IMG/VR virus record: IMGVR_UViG_3300030330_002711
Span: 1-24,525 of that record
Origin: a virus
Taxonomy: Duplodnaviria > Caudoviricetes
Direction: 5' to 3' (one strand)
DNA length: 24,525 nt
The notes under the pieces are model-generated. The model was given only the letters and a program-made list of their open reading frames with translations. It searched no databases and was not told where the DNA came from. The position numbers were made by a program, and so were the translations under genes. Of this stretch, positions 17,628 to 24,357 are shown piece by piece; positions within the stretch are counted from its first letter, which is position 1, and each line of letters begins with the position of its first letter.

Positions 17628-17791
17628 GTAAGATAATCGTCAAAAGTCCTAAGATTTATCAATACACTCTCTTGAACATAGTCAAAGATATTATAAACAA
17701 AGAACCACTGGACGAAATGCAAAAAGACAGTCTTATTTCAAAGGTGGAGTTATTGCAACAAAACGAGCCTATAATCGAATTGGAGAAATAA
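17624..17791 (+). CDS. Hypothetical protein (55 aa, not in the ORF track)
   Basis: MSKIIVKSPK…IELEK; fills the gap exactly, ATGA overlap, stop 1 nt before the next ATG. Confidence 0.7.
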   Translation: MSKIIVKSPKIYQYTLLNIVKDIINKEPLDEMQKDSLISKVELLQQNEPIIELEK

Positions 17792-17792
17792 T

Positions 17793-18041
17793 ATGGCCAG
17801 ATTCACAGATAACACTATTTATAACGAAATGATAATGTCAATCATAGGCATATTTTCTAAACTTGATATAGAAACTCAAATAATCACTGTTAAGACATTG
17901 GCGCAAACCATTGAAAGACAGCACAATATTACTCAGATGGAACGAGAATCTTTCGAAGAGAAAGAACATTTGCTGCGACAGCAACATGAAATGATGCAAG
18001 CATTGTCTGATTTAGAAGATAAATCAGGTTTATATAAGTGA
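17793..18041 (+). CDS. Hypothetical protein
   Basis: GGAG SD; GTGA overlap with the methyltransferase. Confidence 0.75.
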   Translation: MARFTDNTIYNEMIMSIIGIFSKLDIETQIITVKTLAQTIERQHNITQMERESFEEKEHLLRQQHEMMQALSDLEDKSGLYK

Positions 18042-19336
18042 AACCTCAAGTAGTTTTAAGTTTATTTGATGGTATGTCTTGCGGTCAGATTGCTCTGAAT
18101 CGTTTAGGCATACCCATCAAAACATATTACGCATCGGAAATAGATCCATACCCAATCAAAGTCACCCAAGCAAACTATCCACATACAGTACAGTTGGGTG
18201 ATGTCAGAGATATATCCTTAGAATCATTACCAGAAAAGCCAGATATTATACTGGCTGGCTCTCCTTGTACTGGATTTAGTTTTGCAGGTAAGAGATTGGC
18301 TTTTGATGATCCGCAATCGGTATTGTTTTTTGAGTTTGTCCGTTTACTGAAAGAGATCGAACCTAAATGGTTTCTTTTAGAGAATGTCAAAATGAAAAAA
18401 GAGTATCTAAATGTGATTACAGAACATGTAGGTGTTGAACCGATTCTATTAAATAGCGCGTTAGTCAGCGCACAAAATAGATGGAGATATTATTGGACAA
18501 ACATTCCAGGAATTAACGAACCTGAAGATAAAGGTATTGTACTAAAAGATATATTGGAAAATGGTTTTGACAGCGAAAGAGATAAAAGCTATTGCTTAGA
18601 TGCAAATTACTACAAAGGCAGTAGCGTAGAAAATTATTTTAAAAAAAGCCGTAGGCAAATGGTTTATCATGACGATACGAGTAATCTACCTGATAAATCA
18701 TCTGTAATTAAATCCAATTACTACAAATCATCTAAGGCAAACTTTGAGAATGATAAAACAAAAGGCAGTAAGTTTTCAGCGACAGGTGTACCGCAAAAAT
18801 TGCATAAACCCAAGCAAGTAGGAGTGGCTGCTGAGATAAATGGTCACGATATTTTGAAACGAGTGTACTCTCCTGACGGAAAATCGCCTACTTTGAACAG
18901 TTGTTCGGGTGGAAACAGAGAACCGAAGGTGGCGGTTAAATGTATGACTGAAGTAAGAACACCCGAAGCAAACAAAATAAGAGCCGAACATAAGAAAAGA
19001 ACAGGAAAAGACTGGTCGCCTAGACACATGAGGCATTTGGTTGAACGAGATGACGATAAAACAAACACTCTGACAGCAAATACCAGTAAGCAACATATAA
19101 TACAAATACAAAAAGACAGCGAGATGCGTTGGAGAAAATTAACACCGATTGAAGCGGAACGCCTGCAAACAGTTGATGACGATTATACTGCACACGTGAG
19201 TAATTCGAGACGCTATAGCATGTTAGGCAATGGCTGGACTGTAGATATTATTTGTCACATATTAAAAAACATGGTCACCGTCGAGCAAGGTGGCGAGGTA
19301 GCGGAGAGAAAAGGACAAATCGGGTTCGAATTTTGA
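18038..19336 (+). CDS. DNA (cytosine-5) methyltransferase, possibly multispecific
   Basis: Motif I LSLFDG, IV GSPC, VI ENV, VIII QNRWR, IX RKLTPIEAERLQ, X LGNGW; long variable region with four TRD-like units. Confidence 0.93.
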   Translation: MKPQVVLSLFDGMSCGQIALNRLGIPIKTYYASEIDPYPIKVTQANYPHTVQLGDVRDISLESLPEKPDIILAGSPCTGFSFAGKRLAFDDPQSVLFFEFVRLLKEIEPKWFLLENVKMKKEYLNVITEHVGVEPILLNSALVSAQNRWRYYWTNIPGINEPEDKGIVLKDILENGFDSERDKSYCLDANYYKGSSVENYFKKSRRQMVYHDDTSNLPDKSSVIKSNYYKSSKANFENDKTKGSKFSATGVPQKLHKPKQVGVAAEINGHDILKRVYSPDGKSPTLNSCSGGNREPKVAVKCMTEVRTPEANKIRAEHKKRTGKDWSPRHMRHLVERDDDKTNTLTANTSKQHIIQIQKDSEMRWRKLTPIEAERLQTVDDDYTAHVSNSRRYSMLGNGWTVDIICHILKNMVTVEQGGEVAERKGQIGFEF

Positions 19337-19342
19337 TATACT
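19334..19342 (+). promoter_or_regulatory. Extended -10 promoter (TGnTATACT), predicted leaderless transcript
   Basis: TG-A-TATACT ends 6 nt before ATG 19349, which has no SD. Confidence 0.5.
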
Positions 19343-19348
19343 CCCGAT

Positions 19349-19678
19349 ATGGAAGAGAAAAAAACGCCTGATCTGAAGGTAGTATCACTTGAAGAAAGAC
19401 GGCCTAAACCGAATCATATCGAGGGCAAAGAACGCCTAGATCTACTCTTTGAAGATTTTGTAAAGCGCGGTGCAAGACCTGAAATGGTCGCAGAAATGAT
19501 ACTGGCATACGGAATATGTGAAGTATTGAATCATTCGGCACGTCCAGAAATCGGGTTCGAATCTATCAGTCGGCTCTTAACTGACTCATTTAATCTAAAT
19601 ATTGAACAAGAATACATCTTTCCTGATAAAAATAGGAGTTTTGTCAGAAACGATACTGACGATGACAAAACTATCTAG
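19349..19678 (+). CDS. Hypothetical protein
   Basis: 109 aa ORF with natural-looking composition (LKVVSL N-terminal motif). Confidence 0.75.
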   Translation: MEEKKTPDLKVVSLEERRPKPNHIEGKERLDLLFEDFVKRGARPEMVAEMILAYGICEVLNHSARPEIGFESISRLLTDSFNLNIEQEYIFPDKNRSFVRNDTDDDKTI

Positions 19679-19921
19679 TCTGAAGACCTTTATTTGTAAG
19701 GTTTTGGCGTTTTGTCAGTTTTGTCAGGATATCTGTCTTTCCTAAATAATCAGGGACAAAATGTAGAAAAATAAGAAAAAAAGAAAGGGTATATATATAT
19801 TAATATGACAAAAAGGGGGTTTTAATAAATATATATACTTGTATCCCTTTGTTTTAGCGGATTTTGTTTTGGCAGACACATTCTGACAAAACTCTGACAA
19901 AATAAAAATAATATGACAAAA
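19639..19921. repeat. TGACAAAA iteron cluster, putative replication origin
   Basis: Eight exact copies (reverse at 19639, 19710, 19719; forward at 19663, 19806, 19884, 19895, 19914) plus variants, around AT-only (TA)n tracts. Confidence 0.75.
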
Positions 19922-19945
19922 CTATATATAGATTAGATTGTACGT

Positions 19946-20116
19946 ATGAAAGTATTAGCTAATAAAAAGATAAGAGAATCGTTGCATCCAGATATACGAG
20001 AGTTGTTAGAGTCGGAAATGATTGTTAAGATAGCTGAAACATTTCCTGGAACAAGAATAGTATATGCCGAGAGACACATACATAAGAAAAAGTGTAAAAG
20101 TAGAACCGACACTTGA
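19946..20116 (+). CDS. Hypothetical protein (56 aa, not in the ORF track)
   Basis: MKVLANKKIRESLHPDIRELLESEMIVKIAETFPGTRIV…; TAGATT 6 nt upstream; overlaps the terS start. Confidence 0.55.
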   Translation: MKVLANKKIRESLHPDIRELLESEMIVKIAETFPGTRIVYAERHIHKKKCKSRTDT

Positions 20117-20627
20117 AGAAACAGATGAAATGCCTATCGAATATCTTAATCAAGATGAAAAGCATTTAACCAAACGACAAAGATTGCTCGTTTGGAATTT
20201 AGTCAACGATCCACAACTAACGTATGCCGAGGCTGCTAAGAAAGCAGGTTATAAAAATCCTATTGTAGTCGGGCGATATATGCGTAAGGATTCTAAAAGT
20301 AAATATGCGCACGTTCGTCGGGAATACGAGAGATTGATGGTCGAGGCAAAGAAGAAGTTTGAATTAACGCATGAACGTGCGGTTGAGGATCTGTATAAAT
20401 TGAGAGATGATGCTTGGGGTAAAGGTGCATTTAACGCAGCTATTCAGGCTCAAGGATTGTTATTGAAGGTCGGGGGATTAATCGTTGATCGTCGGGAAGT
20501 ATTGCATGGGAAGATAGATCAAATGAGTCGGGCAGATGTAGAAAGAAGACTCCAGGAATTACTTGGAGAAAAGTCAGTCGGGATTATTGAGAATAAGTCG
20601 GGAACTAAGGCCTTGGAAAATAAATGA
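20064..20627 (+). CDS. terS: Terminase small subunit
   Basis: LTKRQ…TYAEAAKKAGYK HTH, helical oligomerisation segment (LRDDA…FNAAIQA…LLKVGGL…DRREV). Confidence 0.8.
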   Translation: MPRDTYIRKSVKVEPTLEETDEMPIEYLNQDEKHLTKRQRLLVWNLVNDPQLTYAEAAKKAGYKNPIVVGRYMRKDSKSKYAHVRREYERLMVEAKKKFELTHERAVEDLYKLRDDAWGKGAFNAAIQAQGLLLKVGGLIVDRREVLHGKIDQMSRADVERRLQELLGEKSVGIIENKSGTKALENK

Positions 20628-20746
20628 GTAAAAGAAAAAAATTAACTACTGAGTCGGGTATCGAGGTTGAATACCTGATAGATGAAAATGGATTCCAGAT
20701 ATACGGAGATTATACAGACAGCGAATATCGGGAAATAATCCCGATA
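20268..20746 (+). repeat. Dispersed same-strand GTCGGG motifs in and after terS, ending in an inverted repeat
   Basis: GTCGGG at 20268, 20317, 20469, 20491, 20527, 20577, 20597, 20653; TATCGGGA-5 nt-TCCCGATA at 20726-20746. Confidence 0.75.
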
Positions 20747-20782
20747 GTCGCCAGTCTAGAAGTAGAACAGAGATCATCTTAG
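20624..20782 (+). CDS. Hypothetical protein (52 aa, not in the ORF track)
   Basis: MSKRKKLTTESGIEVEY…; ATGA coupling to terS. Confidence 0.6.
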   Translation: MSKRKKLTTESGIEVEYLIDENGFQIYGDYTDSEYREIIPIVASLEVEQRSS

Positions 20783-20980
20783 ATCGCTTTCTTTCGTTAG
20801 TATACTCCTCATAATATCCTCTACTGAGTCTACTATATCTATATATTCATCTTGCTTTTCTTCTGTCCTATTCCCTTCGTCATCATAAATCGGATCAAGT
20901 GAAGAATACTCAAGTATGTATTCAGATAACATTGCATATAGCTCTACCCACTTTTCATCAGGTATAATTGGTTTACTCAT
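20774..20980 (-). CDS. Small acidic hypothetical (early-region) protein
   Basis: AAGGAG SD, TGATG coupling, 19 D/E in 68 aa. Confidence 0.78.
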   Translation of the reverse strand: MSKPIIPDEKWVELYAMLSEYILEYSSLDPIYDDEGNRTEEKQDEYIDIVDSVEDIMRSILTKESDLR

Positions 20981-21222
20981 CAGAAATCTCCTTGTCTAAA
21001 ATGTCTTTTTGATACTCTTTTCCAAACTTTACTATATCTTTCTAGCCAGTCGTATTGTTCTTGATTATTATAATTACCGCTTGATCTACTTTCAGATGCA
21101 CATATATGTTCTAATCCGTTTTTTTCATAAAAGTTATTTAAGATATCGCACATATAATCAATCATCGAAAAATCTCTGCCTTTTGATTTAGTTATAAAAA
21201 GATGATGCTCTTCATTTTTCAT
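20980..21222 (-). CDS. Hypothetical early-region protein
   Basis: Start reassigned to 21222 (MKNEEHH) after AGGAG at a TGATG junction. Confidence 0.75.
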   Translation of the reverse strand: MKNEEHHLFITKSKGRDFSMIDYMCDILNNFYEKNGLEHICASESRSSGNYNNQEQYDWLERYSKVWKRVSKRHFRQGDF

Positions 21223-21446
21223 CAGAAATCTCCTATCCATTTGTTAAATACTTCATCTCTTTCTTGTTCTGTTCTAAACCAAAAACATTCGGTATGATCA
21301 TGTTCTTCATTATCGTAAGTGTAAATTCCGTAAGGTAAACCTTCGTTATCCTTCCAAACTTTTTTGCTTTGTCCCATTTTTTTGTAGTAGGTATCTAATT
21401 CTTGTTCCCACCAGTTCACTTTTTCAATTAAATTTTTATTGATCAT
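21222..21446 (-). CDS. Hypothetical early-region protein
   Basis: AAGGAG 7 nt before ATG 21446; WFRTEQERD motif. Confidence 0.75.
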   Translation of the reverse strand: MINKNLIEKVNWWEQELDTYYKKMGQSKKVWKDNEGLPYGIYTYDNEEHDHTECFWFRTEQERDEVFNKWIGDF

Positions 21447-21663
21447 CAAGAATCTCCTTAACTGTTATCTTAAATTCATAATCAGGTACTTCTAAATTAT
21501 CAGAATTTAAAATTGTTCCACATTGACGTATGGTTTCTATGTTAATTTTGTATTTATCTTCGTTGAAATATTTTTCTGGGATCTCGCTGTTACAGTATGC
21601 CCAATCTACATTTGTTGCTATGATGTCTTCAAAGTAAACAATTTTTGATTTTTGCTCAGTCAT
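21436..21663 (-). CDS. Hypothetical early-region protein
   Basis: AGGAG before ATG 21663 (MTEQKSK). The frame is also open from GTG 21729. Confidence 0.65.
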   Translation of the reverse strand: MTEQKSKIVYFEDIIATNVDWAYCNSEIPEKYFNEDKYKINIETIRQCGTILNSDNLEVPDYEFKITVKEILDDQ

Positions 21664-21694
21664 CTTACTTTCTCCTAGTTTAATAAATATAATA

Positions 21695-21718
21695 GAATCC
21701 ACCATTTCTGATGGATTC
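21695..21718 (-). promoter_or_regulatory. 10-bp GAAA-tetraloop hairpin within the early operon
   Basis: Minus strand GAATCCATCA-GAAA-TGGTGGATTC, one U-G wobble, followed by TATTATATTT. Confidence 0.6.
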
Positions 21719-21725
21719 GATATAT

Positions 21726-21920
21726 TCACTCCTCGTTTATATTTCTACCTTTATATTCTGGTATCTCATAATCAAAGTTATGAACAACTTCGGGCATTTC
21801 TACATTACATAATTTGATATATGCGTTCTTCAAATCTTTGTCTGTATGTTCGTTGATATGATTTTTTAGAGTATGTTGCAACTCAAATACTTCCTCTAAA
21901 GTAAAGTTTAATCTAGGCAT
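21726..21920 (-). CDS. Hypothetical early-region protein
   Basis: GAGGGGG SD, starts 1 nt after the upstream stop. Confidence 0.72.
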   Translation of the reverse strand: MPRLNFTLEEVFELQHTLKNHINEHTDKDLKNAYIKLCNVEMPEVVHNFDYEIPEYKGRNINEE

Positions 21921-21921
21921 T

Positions 21922-22176
21922 TTAATACCCCCTCATTACTGGGATTGTTTCCAATCCCTCAATTGAAGTAGCTAATGAGCCACCATCATTGCCTTCATCA
22001 TCTGCCATTGGGAATATCCATGAGCCATCAGTAAATGTTATAGCTAAAGGTGCTTTATCCCACATCATTTCTTCAACCTCATATTTTGTTAGATATTCAA
22101 CCTTGGCAATGGTTTTTCCCACCAGTTCTGATGAAATCTTCTTTTCCCATCTATCAGTAGTATTATTTTTACTCAT
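21922..22176 (-). CDS. Conserved-looking phage hypothetical protein
   Basis: LVGKTI…FTDGSWIFPMADDEGNDGG motif; AGGAG SD; ATGA coupling. Confidence 0.8.
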   Translation of the reverse strand: MSKNNTTDRWEKKISSELVGKTIAKVEYLTKYEVEEMMWDKAPLAITFTDGSWIFPMADDEGNDGGSLATSIEGLETIPVMRGY

Positions 22177-22883
22177 GCTTGTTCTCCTATGTTATTAATA
22201 AAATTTATAAATGTTTGTTTCGGGAATGTATCATCAAGATAATATTCAGTTTTACCATTGAGTAAATCTTTGATGAATTTGATAACTTCTTCATCTCTCC
22301 ATTTGAATAAATTAAGTTTATGATTGGTATGTTCCTCTAATATCCCAACTAATCCGTATAATGTTGGTTTGTTGACGAAATCAACCACCTCATTGAAGTA
22401 CATGGTTTGAAATGAAAACTCAATGCCGTTTCCATAATCTCTTTCGTATGTTGCTGAAAATCGCCAATCTTCAAATTCAGATAAATCTTTATGACCAATA
22501 CTAAGATATGCTTGTTGCCTACCTTCTTTTGTCGGGTGATTAATCCATATCTGATAGCCATTGTGAGAGAAACTTGGTAATTCATCATTTCCATAAGATA
22601 CATTTTCCCATTCATCAGGAATATCTAAGTATCTGTAATAATCTTCCCAAGTGAGTTTTTTCTGATAATCTAATTCACTCAATATAATTTTTCTCCTATA
22701 CATATTTTTTCTGGTAGTGTTGGCTAAATCAATGTTACCAACCTTGTGTAATAAAATAGAGTCAACAAAAACTTCTGTTTTTATTTCATTGTTTAGAATG
22801 TCGGTTAATATTCCACACTCAGAATCAGAGTCAAATGTATCAAACCAATCACACACATCTTCAAATTCAATGTGTTTTCTCAT
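22173..22883 (-). CDS. Hypothetical early-region protein
   Basis: 236 aa, WENVSYGNDELPSF motif, AAGGAG SD, TAATG coupling. Confidence 0.8.
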   Translation of the reverse strand: MRKHIEFEDVCDWFDTFDSDSECGILTDILNNEIKTEVFVDSILLHKVGNIDLANTTRKNMYRRKIILSELDYQKKLTWEDYYRYLDIPDEWENVSYGNDELPSFSHNGYQIWINHPTKEGRQQAYLSIGHKDLSEFEDWRFSATYERDYGNGIEFSFQTMYFNEVVDFVNKPTLYGLVGILEEHTNHKLNLFKWRDEEVIKFIKDLLNGKTEYYLDDTFPKQTFINFINNIGEQA

Positions 22884-23152
22884 TACGCACTCTCCTTACC
22901 TAATACTTTGAATATTAAATCCCACGCTTTTTTATTGGGATTGATGAAGTCAACATTTTCTTTTAACCCTAAATGATGAATTTTTCTTCTCTTTGATATT
23001 GTTGCATCACGCAAATAATGTTTGTATTCGTGACCCCAGAAATACGCAATACCCATATATTTTTTTGTTCCAACATACGATTTATCTAAATTATGTAAGT
23101 CACAAAATGATTCAAAATCAATAACATTTAAATTGATACTGTAATTACTCAT
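22883..23152 (-). CDS. Hypothetical early-region protein
   Basis: Start reassigned to 23152 (MSNYSIN) after AAGGAG at a TAATG junction. Confidence 0.75.
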   Translation of the reverse strand: MSNYSINLNVIDFESFCDLHNLDKSYVGTKKYMGIAYFWGHEYKHYLRDATISKRRKIHHLGLKENVDFINPNKKAWDLIFKVLGKESA

Positions 23153-23439
23153 TATTGGCTCTCCTTGCAAAACTTTTTATAAGACAGATTCCAAGGATTG
23201 TCATTTTCTTTAAAGTCATCTTCAGTAAAAATGATAGTGTCGTACCCATAGTTTTTACCAACTTGCATGGCACTATTGAATACATCTTCACCTAATTTTT
23301 CTTTTAACCTTGGTAACTCGCTTTGATGTATTTCAACAAACTCACCATTAATACGATAACCATAACCTTCAAGATCAAACTCGTATCTGTCAAAATAGAC
23401 GATTGTTGATTGTGTGAATTTCTCTTCTGGTTTATTCAT
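23152..23439 (-). CDS. Hypothetical early-region protein
   Basis: AAGGAG SD, TAATG coupling at both ends. Confidence 0.78.
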   Translation of the reverse strand: MNKPEEKFTQSTIVYFDRYEFDLEGYGYRINGEFVEIHQSELPRLKEKLGEDVFNSAMQVGKNYGYDTIIFTEDDFKENDNPWNLSYKKFCKESQ

Positions 23440-23879
23440 TATTGGCTCTCCTTCAATTTATCAATCTCGTTAGTGAGAGCAAACATTTTTGGTACTCCAT
23501 TCTTGAGAGTATCGTAAAAGTAGAATCCTTCCCATACCATTCCATCAAAATCGTGATCATCATAAAAGCACCATACAATTTCTTTATGCTCATGTATGAT
23601 TGATAAATTATCTTGGATTGTTTGATATATTCGTTTTTTCAAATCATCTCCAATTACATCCGCATAATATAAACCAAAAATACATAATTGGTTTTCATCT
23701 GTCGGGAAACTAAAACTTGGCTCTAATTCTCCGTTATGATTTTCTAAATCATTTATCAGCCATAAGGTTTCATCTGTCAGTTTGAGATTGTGTGAGAAAT
23801 GCAGACAACCACCACCAGAATAAATCCAACCTAAATTGTATTTATCCATTAATTTTCTTTCTTGTTCTAATATTTGCAT
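23439..23879 (-). CDS. Hypothetical protein, first gene of the leftward early operon
   Basis: AAGGAG SD, SGGGC motif, acidic/aromatic composition. Confidence 0.78.
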   Translation of the reverse strand: MQILEQERKLMDKYNLGWIYSGGGCLHFSHNLKLTDETLWLINDLENHNGELEPSFSFPTDENQLCIFGLYYADVIGDDLKKRIYQTIQDNLSIIHEHKEIVWCFYDDHDFDGMVWEGFYFYDTLKNGVPKMFALTNEIDKLKESQ

Positions 23880-23906
23880 TACGCGCTCTCCTTATATTGA
23901 GGTTTT

Positions 23907-23936
23907 ATTATACATTATTTGGGAACAAAAAGTACA
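23907..23936 (-). promoter_or_regulatory. Leftward sigma70-like promoter of the early operon
   Basis: TGTACT-18 nt-TATAAT followed by AAAA, upstream of the SD of ATG 23879. Confidence 0.6.
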
Positions 23937-24032
23937 CATATTAGTTAATTATTTATTCTATACAGTAGAGTTTTATAAAAAAAATAGCATTTATCTCACC
24001 TCGTCTGGCTCTACATCTACAGAAACGAAAAT

Positions 24033-24197
24033 GTCGGGTGTCGGGTTCATATTTAAGTGTCGGGTGTCGGGTTATCTCTTATATATGGATATAGATGATA
24101 GATAGATATATACAGATAGATGATGATATTGAGATATTGTCGGGTGTCGGGTTTAGTCGGGTGTCGGGTTAATATTTAAAACCCCGACAAGACCGAC
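24033..24197 (+). repeat. Four GTCGGGTGTCGGGTT units plus inverted copies, interspersed with GATA-type low-complexity tracts
   Basis: Exact 15-mers at 24033, 24059, 24139, 24156; CCCGAC at 24183 and CCGAC at 24193. Confidence 0.9.
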
Positions 24198-24295
24198 AGA
24201 TAGATATAGACTGATAGATAGATTTATATATAAAAAAAGTGGCTTATAAAATTTTAGATCCAAAAAAATTGGGTTATATAGAGATAAAATCCTGG

Positions 24296-24325
24296 TGGAC
24301 AATTTGTTTACTTTCGTTATATAAT
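24296..24325 (+). promoter_or_regulatory. Rightward sigma70-like promoter
   Basis: TGGACA-18 nt-TATAAT followed by AAAA, AT-rich upstream region. Confidence 0.6.
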
Positions 24326-24357
24326 AAAAGTTCAATTAATCAATATAGGAAATACAA

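Noticed and set aside
11008-19111. Opposite-strand ORFs overlapping the primase, exonuclease and methyltransferase genes
   Set aside because: Largely contained in well-supported genes on the other strand; no recognisable motifs
10629-19336. Restriction-modification pair formed by a PD-(D/E)XK gene and the C5 methyltransferase
   Set aside because: The genes are kilobases apart in different operons, and the nucleases fit replication/recombination contexts
19317-19562. Exact 15-mer AAATCGGGTTCGAAT at 19317 and 19548 resembling a tRNA T-loop or att core
   Set aside because: No T-stem or cloverleaf can be formed, both copies are coding (IGFE), and there is no integrase in the window. It may belong to the TCGGG bias
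24033-24170. Possible mini CRISPR array
   Set aside because: Repeats are only 15 nt with spacers of 11, 65 and 2 nt; no cas genes
23836-24335. ORFs 23836-24105 (+) and 24153-24335 (-)
   Set aside because: They cross promoters and low-complexity repeats, lack SDs and have unnatural composition
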